A stretch of 63,588 nt of DNA, the filler included, from Actinomycetota bacterium (lineage in GTDB: Bacteria; Actinomycetota; CADDZG01; JAHWKV01; JAOPZY01): assembly GCA_025963875.1 (NCBI GenBank). It is 5 parts of 5 records of this genome, joined end to end, with 100 filler letters (N's around TTAATTAATTAA, not from the genome) between each part and the next. Parts side by side here need not be neighbours in the genome. Positions count along the whole stretch, not along the records: positions 32,696 to 53,688 come from JAOPZY010000020.1; positions 53,789 to 59,113 come from JAOPZY010000121.1; positions 59,214 to 63,588 come from JAOPZY010000094.1; 2 more parts are not named here. One strand, 5' to 3'. Numbering within the stretch: position 1 is the stretch's first letter; every line of letters starts with the position of its first letter. Both the position numbers and the translations under genes were made by a program. Shown here one piece after another: positions 50,671 to 59,608 of this stretch. The notes under the pieces are model-generated. The model did no database searches. It was not told where the DNA came from and saw nothing but the letters and a program-made list of their open reading frames with translations.

Positions 50671-50747
50671 GCGCTCACCGCTGCAGGCATACGCGCCGGC
50701 CTCCCGGGTAATTGACAAGTAAGCGACCCGCGAGGAGGTGAGCGCAG

Positions 50748-50993
50748 ATGCGACCCGGAATGTTCTTCCGCCTCGCCGTGCTCGCCGCCAACTTGCTTGC
50801 CGCCAGCGTCTTTCTGCTCGGTCCCGGCGCGGCTCCAGCGGGGGCTCTGACCCCGGTCAACCGCCTCGTGACCTGGCTCCAGCGCATGCCGAGGGAGGCC
50901 GTGATCGACGGGCACTGCCAGATCGTCGACGAGAAGGGCATCCCCCTGACCGACTCGCTCTCTTGGCAGCGCACCGGGCACGATGCTTGCTGA
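50748..50993 (+). CDS. Small hypothetical protein
   Basis: AGGAGG RBS, ATG, N-terminal hydrophobic helix. Confidence 0.45.
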   Translation: MRPGMFFRLAVLAANLLAASVFLLGPGAAPAGALTPVNRLVTWLQRMPREAVIDGHCQIVDEKGIPLTDSLSWQRTGHDAC

Positions 50994-51091
50994 CAGCCCC
51001 GCCGAGGAGTAGGACAACTACGCGAAGACGGGGGGTATGCCCCACGCGTTTGTTGTAGACAGTCCACGACTCTCGAGACGGGGGAGAACCA

Positions 51092-51502
51092 TTGGGAACC
51101 GACCAGTACCACGAGCCGCCGAACGAGCTGCCCGACTACATCCGCACCTTCGCCCGCATCTGCACCTCCCTGCAGGAGGAGGCGGAGGCCATCGGCTGGT
51201 ACGAGCAGCGGATCGCGCTCGAGACGGACGCCGAGGCCCGGGCCATCATGCGTGACGCCCAGGGCGAAGAGTTCAAGCACTTCAGCATGGCGCTGGAGTT
51301 CCTTCTCCGGCGCAAGCCGCGCTGGCGCGAGATCTGTCAGGGGATCCTCTTCAGTGAGGGGGACATCGTCGAGCACGGTGAGGAGGCGGAGGCAGAGGCC
51401 GAGCCTGAAGCCGGTGCCGAAGCCCACAGTCCCCACCCATCCGGACCCGTCGACGCCTCCGGGTCCCTCGGCATCGGCGGTTTGAAAGGGGTCCCGGAAT
51501 GA
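51092..51502 (+). CDS. Encapsulin-associated ferritin-like protein with cargo-loading peptide
   Basis: YHEP, SLQEEAEAIGWYEQR, EEFKH; C-terminal GSLGIGGLKG. Confidence 0.9.
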   Translation: MGTDQYHEPPNELPDYIRTFARICTSLQEEAEAIGWYEQRIALETDAEARAIMRDAQGEEFKHFSMALEFLLRRKPRWREICQGILFSEGDIVEHGEEAEAEAEPEAGAEAHSPHPSGPVDASGSLGIGGLKGVPE

Positions 51503-52299
51503 ATCATCTGCTGCGCCAGATTGCTCCCATCTCCGAGTCCGGCTGGGCCCTCCTCGATCAGGAGGCCCGGCAGCGCCTGGGGGCGACGCTCGGCGCCCGC
51601 AAGCTCGTGGACTACGGCGGCCCCTACGGTTGGCAGTTCTCCGCGGCCGACCTCGGCCGGGTGAAGCCCCTCGCTGCGGAGCCTGCGGACGGCGTCACCG
51701 CCGTGCAACGGGTCGTCCTCCCCGCAGTCGAATTCCGCGCCGACTTCGTCCTCTCCCGCGACGCCCTGTCCGACTACGACCGGGGCGCCGTGGACACCGA
51801 TCTGACCGCCCTGGACGACGCCGCCCACCGCATCGCCATCGCCGAGAACGCCGCCGTCTTCCACGGGATGGAGGAGACGGGCATCCTGGGCATCGCGGAG
51901 GCATCGACGCAGGCGCCGATCCCCCTCGGCGAGGACGTCAAGACCTACCCCCGCCACGTCGCCCAGGCCGTGGAGATGCTGCGCAACGCAGGGGTCGGTG
52001 GCCCCTTTGGCCTGGCGCTCGCCCCCCGCGCCTACACCGCATCGACCGAGGTGGTCGAGCTCAGTGGCCTGGTGCTCGACCACCTCGCCGAGATCCTCGG
52101 AGGCCCGGTCGTCTGGGCGCCGGGTGTGCGCGGTGGCGTCGTGCTCAGCCAGCGAGGCAACGACTTCCTGATGGAGGTGGGCCAGGACCTGTCGATCGGC
52201 TACGACCACCACGACGCCGACTCAGTCCACCTGTACCTCGAGGAGAGCCTCGTCCTGCGCGTCGCCACCCCTGAAGCGGCGGTCTGGCTCAAGCCCTGA
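51499..52299 (+). CDS. Family 1 encapsulin shell protein (Linocin M18)
   Basis: MNHLLRQIAPIS..GW, GARKLVD..GPYG, GQDLSIGY, LYLEES. Confidence 0.95.
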   Translation: MNHLLRQIAPISESGWALLDQEARQRLGATLGARKLVDYGGPYGWQFSAADLGRVKPLAAEPADGVTAVQRVVLPAVEFRADFVLSRDALSDYDRGAVDTDLTALDDAAHRIAIAENAAVFHGMEETGILGIAEASTQAPIPLGEDVKTYPRHVAQAVEMLRNAGVGGPFGLALAPRAYTASTEVVELSGLVLDHLAEILGGPVVWAPGVRGGVVLSQRGNDFLMEVGQDLSIGYDHHDADSVHLYLEESLVLRVATPEAAVWLKP

Positions 52300-52306
52300 C
52301 CGGCCG

Positions 52307-52885
52307 CTACTGAGGGGTGAACGAAGTCGAGCAGGACGCCCGCTGACCGACAGTTACGTCCACGATCACCGTGTAGCCAATCGTGGGCCGCCCGATACCG
52401 AACGTAATGGATCCTGCGCCCGAAGTGTCACTCGCTCCGGAGTAGGAAGTGTTCTTCGTCTTGTAGTGGACGACGAGACTTACCGCGGCTTTGGGAACAT
52501 TGCTCGTCACGGAGAGCGTCTCGGTCCCCCCGTCACCCGGCGTCGGGTTGGACATCGATGCTGAGCAGCTGGCAGCGATGGCCGGCGCCGGAGTGCTCGG
52601 CGCCGGCGGCGGGTTGGTGGTTGTTCTTGCAACGGCCGCAGGAGTCGCCAAAGCCTTGCTCGGCCAGGACGGCGAGGATTGCCCGCTGGTGGCGGAGGGA
52701 GACGGCGAGGTCGATGTTTCTGTAACTGAAGCCGGCTGGGCGGACGGGACCCTATGTGAGGGAGCGCAGGCACCTCCTGCGATGAACAGGGTAAGACCCG
52801 TCATCAGCACCGTGACCCTCTGCTTCCGCCCAAGCACCCCAAGCAACCCAGCCACGCTCACACCCCCTGGTTCGTTCGCTTCCAT
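52307..52885 (-). CDS. Hypothetical exported Ser/Pro/Thr-rich protein
   Basis: Possible lipobox GGAC, low-complexity linker, Cys-bracketed beta domain ending CSTSFTPQ. Confidence 0.55.
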   Translation of the reverse strand: MEANEPGGVSVAGLLGVLGRKQRVTVLMTGLTLFIAGGACAPSHRVPSAQPASVTETSTSPSPSATSGQSSPSWPSKALATPAAVARTTTNPPPAPSTPAPAIAASCSASMSNPTPGDGGTETLSVTSNVPKAAVSLVVHYKTKNTSYSGASDTSGAGSITFGIGRPTIGYTVIVDVTVGQRASCSTSFTPQ

Positions 52886-53249
52886 GGCAAGCAAATCTCG
52901 GCACGAGACAGTTCATTGAGCCTGTACCTCCTCGGAGCGGCTCTCATCCCTGTACTAACTCGACAGGTTCGACTCGATTTATAAATTAGGGAATCCTCAG
53001 ACTTCTGAGGCATGCCGGTCTGAGGCCTTGTTGCGGGGGAAGGCGATCTCATCGCGCACTCGCCGAGAGCGGCCGGGCCGTGAGGGGTTGCGGAAGAAAA
53101 GTGAGAGATCTCTCACTAATAAAGCGAGTCGAAGCGGTCGAAGTAGTAGATATAAGTAAATAGGACTTGGCGTTCGACGGATCAAGTAATACAAAGCGCA
53201 TTAGGATCCTTCTGGCTGGCGCCATCACATGCAGCGGGGGAGGAATGGT

Positions 53250-53688
53250 ATGCCCATTGGCAACGTGCTTAACTTCACTCAGGGCTTCTTGCCCGACGCC
53301 ATAGGCGAGATCCTTCTCGATCAAGCTGTTGCTCGGGTTGGCGCATTCTGCTCGGACCCTGATAGCGGATTCTTAGCCTACGACCTCGTAGGTTACGTTG
53401 CCCGAAATAGTGGGCGTCTTGAAGAGATCGGACCGTGGACCATACTTGTCGCAGATGCCCTCGCCGGACGTATAAGTGTCGGCGATGTGAACAAATTCGC
53501 ACGCCACATGGAGGAGTTTGCCAAGCGCCTCGGAGACGTGCCCAAAGAGGACCTCGCCTGTACGGACGAGGGTGGCCTAAGCCGAGTGATCGACTTTTGC
53601 TGTTTTGGATTCCGAGGGGCCTGGGCTCCCAAGATCACGAAGGTGGGAGCCCTCTTCCGGAACGAGGCTATACCGATCCTTGACGGTC
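53250..53688 (+). CDS. Hypothetical protein (possibly DUF6308-like), truncated by the contig edge
   Basis: GGAGG RBS; G...PKITKV...IPILD pattern; AT-richer region. Confidence 0.45.
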
Positions 53689-53788
53689 NNNNNNNNNNNN
53701 NNNNNNNNNNNNNNNNNNNNNNNNNNNNNNNNTTAATTAATTAANNNNNNNNNNNNNNNNNNNNNNNNNNNNNNNNNNNNNNNNNNNN
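53689..53788. other. Artificial contig spacer
   Basis: N-run with TTAATTAATTAA. Confidence 0.98.
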
Positions 53789-55087
53789 CAGGAGCAGTTG
53801 GTGCGAGCTGACGGCCAGGGCGAGGTCGGCCTTGAGGGCCGAGCGGGCGACCATGTCGTCGTGGAGCTGGACGTCGAAGAGCTGGTAGCGGTTCTTGCCG
53901 CCGCTTTTTGCCATCTCCATGGCGAAGTCCGCATCCCGAAGCAGCTCACCGGCGTCAAGTGTCTCGGGGCGCCGTTGGGCGACGCCGATGCTCGCGGAGA
54001 TCTGCAGATCGGTGCCGCCGACGGTGAACGGCGCCCGCAGCACCTCCAGGATCCGCTCGGCGATGACCACTGCGGCGGAGCCGGCATCGTCTTCCAGGAC
54101 CACGATGGCAAACTCGTCGCCGCCGAGGGAGGCGACGAGGTCGTGAGGCCGGACGCAGTCTTTGAGCCGGCCGGCCAACTGCACGAGCAGCGCGTCGCGT
54201 CCAGCGTCGCCCACGGAGTAGTTGACGTTCTTGAAGTCGTCGATGTCGATGGAGAGCACGCTCTCCTTGCGGGCCCTCCGGTCGCTGCCGGCGTGGAGGG
54301 ACTCCGCCAGGCGTTCGATCAGGGATGCGCGATTGGCCAGTCCAGTCAGCGAGTCGTGCGTGGCCCGAAGCGTCGTCGCCAGGTCGTGCTCGTGGAGAGC
54401 GCCGGTCATGCCGTTGAACGCGTCGGCCAGTTCGCCCAGGTCCTTGGTGGCCACTCGCCGGCGGAAGTACCCCGTCACGGCCAACGCCGCGCCGAACAGC
54501 GCAGCCAGGGCGACCAGCAGCAGCCGCTCCACGCCGGCATCCGCGGCGAGCCCCTTGCGCATTGCTTCGAGGGCAGGCTTCTGGAGGCCCAGCAGCAGGT
54601 CGCGGGCTACGTCGCTGTCGGCGCCGAGTTGGGCCTGGAGTTCGTCGTGAGCGCCTTGCAACGCAGACACCTGGTCCCCCCAGAGGCCGGCCCTGGTCAG
54701 CGCAGCCTGCCAGGATCGAGCGGCCTGGCTCAGGGCGTCCCGGGCGTCCTTTGCCGGGAACGTGGCGAGTGCATCTCGAAAGGCAACCGAAATCTGGTCC
54801 TGCTGGCGCAGGTAGGCCTGGCGGTCCACGGGCGCCCCGCTGAGCAGTTGATGTGCCGTGGCCTCATGGTCGATGAGGCTGGTCCCGAGGGAGGCGACGA
54901 TCGTCGATTCCCGGTCGAGGCGCTGCGCCGTGCCGCTGAACTCGCCGACGATCTGCCGGACGCCGGCGACGGTCGTGATGCCCACCGCCAGCAGCAACAC
55001 CAGCATGAGCGTGAACGCCCGCGACCATTCCTGTGACAGGCTCCGCGTGCGTCCCCCGTCGACCGCGACTGTCTCTGGCTCCACCAT
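53789..55087 (-). CDS. Membrane diguanylate cyclase (GGDEF, probably followed by EAL), truncated at the contig edge
   Basis: 2 TM, HDSLTGLANR, DIDDFKNVN, LGGDEF, ASIG, AKSGGKN. Confidence 0.9.
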
Positions 55088-55223
55088 GTCAGCCTGCCTT
55101 CCGATCGATGCCGAGGGCTGCCGCTTGTGCGCGGACAACGTCTCCCCTCCACGTCGACAGGGGGCTGGTGCGGCTACATAGGCCGAACGCACCATTTCCC
55201 AGAGGGAGCATGGTGCAGGTGAG

Positions 55224-55646
55224 TCAGCTGGCCGGGTACTTCGCCAGGTAGTCGGCCACGGCCTTCGAGACCGCACCGGACGCCGTACCGGCCTTCGCCG
55301 CATCGCCGGCGTTGGCCGCCGACTCCAGAAGCGCGAAGTTGTCCTCAAAGGTGGCGTAGCCGACCTGGCTGTTGGCCTTGACGGTCCCCTCGATGGTCTG
55401 CCAGACGGGCTCGATCAGGGCGTCGAGTGCCTGGGCACCCGCCTTGTCGTCTGCGGCCTTGGAAGCGACCCCCTTGGCGGAGCCGTCGATCGTCCTGAGA
55501 CCGGTGGCAACCTCCGCAGCCGTAGCCCGCTTCTCCTCGGGCGACGGGGACGACGTGGGTGTCTGGGACGGAGGGGGGGTAGCGCTTTTTGAGGCCGAGC
55601 AGGCCCCTCCGGCGAGCGCCGTGAGTCCCAGTGCCGCTGCCAGCAT
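55224..55646 (-). CDS. Small lipoprotein, probably iron-regulated
   Basis: Lipobox GGAC; helical body W..IEGTVK...Y..FED; upstream IdeR-like box. Confidence 0.7.
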   Translation of the reverse strand: MLAAALGLTALAGGACSASKSATPPPSQTPTSSPSPEEKRATAAEVATGLRTIDGSAKGVASKAADDKAGAQALDALIEPVWQTIEGTVKANSQVGYATFEDNFALLESAANAGDAAKAGTASGAVSKAVADYLAKYPAS

Positions 55647-55717
55647 GCGCGTCGAACGAAGCACCTGTTTCCTCCTTTTGTCGTGGTCCCCGGCCGAATC
55701 GGGAATTTACGAGGCAG

Positions 55718-55747
55718 ACATTAGGTGAGCCTAATCTGGATTGTCAA
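55718..55747 (-). promoter_or_regulatory. Sigma-A promoter overlapped by a DtxR/IdeR-like operator
   Basis: TTGACA-N18-TAATGT on the minus strand; TTAGGTGAGCCTAA at 55721-55734. Confidence 0.7.
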
Positions 55748-55766
55748 GCTTCCATAACTGACTTAG

Positions 55767-56588
55767 TTAGGTGCCCTTATCGAACCGGGGGACGTCCTTG
55801 TAGGCGACGTCGCGGGGGGCGGTCCGACCGAGCAGCTCGTAGGGCACCTGGGCCCGCCCCCGCCGCCGGATCTCGGTGACCGCCTCAGGGTAGAAGATCT
55901 CGGCCAGCTCCACTGCGTCGTCCAGGCTTGGGAACTCCATCGCCATGTCACCGTCGAAGCAGCGGTAGGTATAGCCGCGGCTTGCGAGCCAGCGGCGGTG
56001 GACGGGCCACACGATGACCACCCTCCCGCCGGGCGTGCAGCAGCGTTCCATTTCCGCCAGGCCGGCGTCGCCCCCGTGCGCCGGGTCCCGCGCCATCGCC
56101 GAGCAGGCCACGACGAGGTCGGCCCACCCGTCGGGCACGGGAAGCTGGTCGAAGAACCCTCGGACGATGGCGACCCGACCACGGCGGCCGGCGGCGGCGA
56201 GGTTCGCTTTCAGGACGCGGGCGAGCGGGCGTGCCGGCTCGACGGCGATCATCTCGTCGCAGCGGCCGGCAAGCGGCACGGTCAGCCGCCCCGTCCCGGC
56301 ACCCACCTCCACCACCCGGCACGGCGCGGCAGGAAGCCAGGCGAGGATGCCAGGATGGAGGGGCTCTGCTTGGATCAGCCGGTCGTAGAGGGAGGGCTCC
56401 AACCGGTACAGCAGCTCCCACACCAGGGCAGCGCTGCGGCGGGGATCGTCGAGCCCCTGTCCCAGAAATCGACGGGTCTCCTCCTCGTCGAAGACGGAGA
56501 GATCCGCCGGGCTGTAGCGGTGGGCCAGGGCAACGGCGCCACGGCGGTCTGCCCTCTCGATGGCGGGGCGAGAGCCGCCCAGGCTCAC
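55767..56588 (-). CDS. Class I SAM-dependent methyltransferase
   Basis: VVEVGAGTG, AVEP, ADLVV, PGG; GTGA overlap with the folE stop. Confidence 0.85.
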   Translation of the reverse strand: MSLGGSRPAIERADRRGAVALAHRYSPADLSVFDEEETRRFLGQGLDDPRRSAALVWELLYRLEPSLYDRLIQAEPLHPGILAWLPAAPCRVVEVGAGTGRLTVPLAGRCDEMIAVEPARPLARVLKANLAAAGRRGRVAIVRGFFDQLPVPDGWADLVVACSAMARDPAHGGDAGLAEMERCCTPGGRVVIVWPVHRRWLASRGYTYRCFDGDMAMEFPSLDDAVELAEIFYPEAVTEIRRRGRAQVPYELLGRTAPRDVAYKDVPRFDKGT

Positions 56589-57310
56589 CGCCGGCTTCCC
56601 TCCACGGTTCGGAGGAACTCGTCCCGCATCGCCGGCTCGGCCTCGTAGCTTCCCCTCCAGAACGACGTCCGCGTCTTGGACCGACTCTCCTGAACTCCCC
56701 GCATCTGGGTGCAGAGGTGGGTCGCAACCAGGTGGACGGCCACGCCATGGGGGTCCAGCAGCTTCACGAGGGCCTCGGTGATGTCCACGCCCATGCGTTC
56801 CTGGACCGTGAACCGCCGAGCGAAGAGACGGACGAGACGGGTCAACTTGGAGATACCGATGATGAGCTCGTGGGGCACGTACCCGACATGGGCCACACCG
56901 AAGAACGGCAGCGCGTGGTGTTCGCAGACGGAGTAGAAGTGGATCGGCCCCTCGATGACCTGGCTCAGCCGGCAACCGCTGCCTCCCCTGCACTCGGTGG
57001 GGAACGCGGTGACGAGGTTCGGATCGCCCTCGTAGCCAGACGTCGAGTCGAACAACGCCCGCAGGAAGCGCTCCGGGGTGCGCCGGGTCCCGGGGGTGTC
57101 GAGGTCCATGCCGAAGGCTTGCAAGATCTCGCCCATGTACCGCTCATAGGTGGCCCACCGCTGCGCATCGATCCGGCGGGGAGCCACCCGGTCCCACACG
57201 AACGGCTCGTCCTCATCCTGCAGCGGATATGCGTTCGCGGCGGCGCCGTCGAGCCTCCGCCCTTCGTCACCCTGGGCGGCCACCGCGGGGGGATGCCCTT
57301 CCTGCGTCAT
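56585..57310 (-). CDS. folE: GTP cyclohydrolase I
   Basis: TPERF, CEHHALPFFG, GISKL.R, VQER, HLC..MRG. Confidence 0.92.
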   Translation of the reverse strand: MTQEGHPPAVAAQGDEGRRLDGAAANAYPLQDEDEPFVWDRVAPRRIDAQRWATYERYMGEILQAFGMDLDTPGTRRTPERFLRALFDSTSGYEGDPNLVTAFPTECRGGSGCRLSQVIEGPIHFYSVCEHHALPFFGVAHVGYVPHELIIGISKLTRLVRLFARRFTVQERMGVDITEALVKLLDPHGVAVHLVATHLCTQMRGVQESRSKTRTSFWRGSYEAEPAMRDEFLRTVEGSRR

Positions 57311-57397
57311 GCCCCGTCTCTTTCTCGGTCGCCCAGCAGGCCAGCGGTTATACCCAATCCGTCGGCCTTTCAGACGCCATGAGCGGGCGGGCCGCAG

Positions 57398-57769
57398 CTA
57401 CCCCTGCTTCAGGCCTTGTTTCAGGCCCGTCCCGGTCGCCAGGTGGTCGACCTTGGCGGCCATGATGAAGTCGTTCTCGGTGAGGCCCCCGGAAGAGTGC
57501 GTCGTGAGTGACACGACGACTTTCCCCCAGCCGATCTCCATGTCGGGATGGTGGCCCTCCTCCTCGGCAACCAGCGCGATGCGCGTGGCGAACCCGAATG
57601 CGTCCTTGAAGTCATCGAAGCGCAACGTGCGCCGAAGTCTCGTGGTGCCATCGCGCTCCCAGGCCGGGTCGAGATCCCCTTGCAGCAACTTGGCCCGCTC
57701 GTCGTCCAGCGGCGGGGTCCCCTGCTCGCACGCCTCGCAGTGGCGCGAGGCCAGCTCTGTATCTGCCAT
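57398..57769 (-). CDS. phhB: Pterin-4-alpha-carbinolamine dehydratase
   Basis: AEEEGHHPD, TTH..GGLTENDFIMAAK. Confidence 0.92.
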   Translation of the reverse strand: MADTELASRHCEACEQGTPPLDDERAKLLQGDLDPAWERDGTTRLRRTLRFDDFKDAFGFATRIALVAEEEGHHPDMEIGWGKVVVSLTTHSSGGLTENDFIMAAKVDHLATGTGLKQGLKQG

Positions 57770-57905
57770 GAACCTTCCCTCCCAGTGTGGTCCTGCTCCG
57801 GTGAAGGATTACCCAGGTTTCCGAGGTCCGGAAGAAATCCCGCGTCTGCGCGGGAAAAGTTCCGCACCTGCTTGCTACTTTTGCTGAGCCGTCCATGATG
57901 ACCCC

Positions 57906-59113
57906 ATGATCGCCTGGAAGCTCGCCAGCATCCTCCTGCTGGTCGCCGCCAACGCCTTCTTCGTTGCCGGCGAGTTTGCCCTGGTGAGCCTGCGGCGGAC
58001 CCGCATCAAGGAGATGGTCTCGCGCGGCAGCCGGCGGGCGGTCAGCGTGCAGAAGGCCGTCTCGCAGCTCAACCTCATGCTGTCCGGCACGCAGCTGGGC
58101 GTGACGCTCACCGCGCTCGGCCTCGGTGCCATCGGGGAGCCCACGCTGGCGCACGAGTTCTCCCAGCTCCTCGGCAAGCTGCCGTCCCCGCTGCACGCGA
58201 TCGCCACCCATGCCGTCGCCACCGTCGTGGCCTTCGTGCTGATCACCTTCCTCGAGGTGGTGATCGGCGAGATGGTGCCGAAGAACCTGGCCCTCACCCG
58301 GCCCGAGGGCATCGCCCTGGCCGTGGCGGCCCCGCTGCGGACCTTCATCGCCGTCCTGCGCCCACTCATCTGGCTGATCGAGCGGAGCTCCCGGCTCGTG
58401 CTGCACCGACTGGGGGTCAAGACGCTCAACATCTCGAGCGCCCACACGCCGGGCGAGCTCGCCCTGATCGTCGAGGAGTCCCGCCGGGGCGGCTCGATCG
58501 AGCCGGGGCAGAGCGAGCTGCTCACCCGGACGCTGGAGTTCCCGGAGCGGCGAGCGGTCGAGGCGATGGTACCGAGGGTGTCCGTGGTCGCGGTCCCGGC
58601 GCAGGCGAAGTACGACGAGTTCCTGGACGTCGCCGAGCGTACCGGCTACTCGCGCTTCCCGGTCTGGCGGGAGCGCCCGGACGAGTATGTTGGCTGGATC
58701 CACCTCAAGGACATGATCCGGGCGGCGCGGCGGCGGCCGGGCGTCACGGTGGGCGAGGTGATGCGGGAGGCGCTCTACGTCCCCGAGTCCCTGCCGCTGG
58801 ACGAGCTCCTCGTGCAGATGCAGCGCAACCGGACCCATCTGGAGATCGTCCTCGACGAGTTCGGCGCCACCGCCGGCATCATCACCCTGGAGGACATCCT
58901 GGAAGAGCTTGTCGGCGAGATCCGGGACGAGTCCGACCGCCAGGAGCGTGCGGGCCTGCGGAAGGTGCCCGGCGGCTTCCGGGTGCCCGCCACCATGCGG
59001 CCCGACGAGCTGGCCGACGCCACGGGCCTCGAGCTGCCCGAGGGCGACTACGAGACCGTCGCCGGCTACATCCTGCAGAAGCTCGGCCGCCTCGCCCGGC
59101 GGGGGGACATCGT
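57906..59113 (+). CDS. HlyC/CorC (CNNM-CBS) family protein, truncated
   Basis: [42 protein letters not shown]. Confidence 0.93.
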
Positions 59114-59213
59114 NNNNNNNNNNNNNNNNNNNNNNNNNNNNNNNNNNNNNNNNNNNNTTAATTAATTAANNNNNNNNNNNNNNNNNNNNNNNNNNNNNNN
59201 NNNNNNNNNNNNN
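59114..59213. other. Artificial contig spacer
   Basis: N-run with TTAATTAATTAA. Confidence 0.98.
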
Positions 59214-59271
59214 GACTTGTAGGAGTCTTTCCCCCTTGCTGAGTCGACGCGATTCAAGGAGAGCAGCGCAC

Positions 59272-59547
59272 GTGCCAGGTCCATCAACTGTCGCTTTGCT
59301 CCCGATCTTCGTCTTGGCCGTCGGTCTTGCCATTGATTTCTGGGTCTATTCCGACGCCAAAGCCCATGAGGAGCGTGGTCGGCCCGTCGTCTTCTCAGCG
59401 GGTGCTCTCGAAGTGAACACGCCCACGGCGTGGTTCCTGGCCTGCCTGCTCATGTGGCTCCTGTCTTTACCGCTCTATATCTGGAGTCGGGACCAAGTGG
59501 GTTCGTCGAATCGTTCGGATCCGCCCGCCTGCGGACGCGTCTGCTGA
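59272..59547 (+). CDS. Small 2-TM protein
   Basis: AAGGAG RBS before GTG; WVYSDAK and LPLYI patterns. Confidence 0.55.
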   Translation: MPGPSTVALLPIFVLAVGLAIDFWVYSDAKAHEERGRPVVFSAGALEVNTPTAWFLACLLMWLLSLPLYIWSRDQVGSSNRSDPPACGRVC

Positions 59548-59608
59548 GCGTAGGCGTTGACCGCCAGGATCGTCGAGCTCCGTTGGCTGGCGGGAGATGG
59601 ACCCGCCT

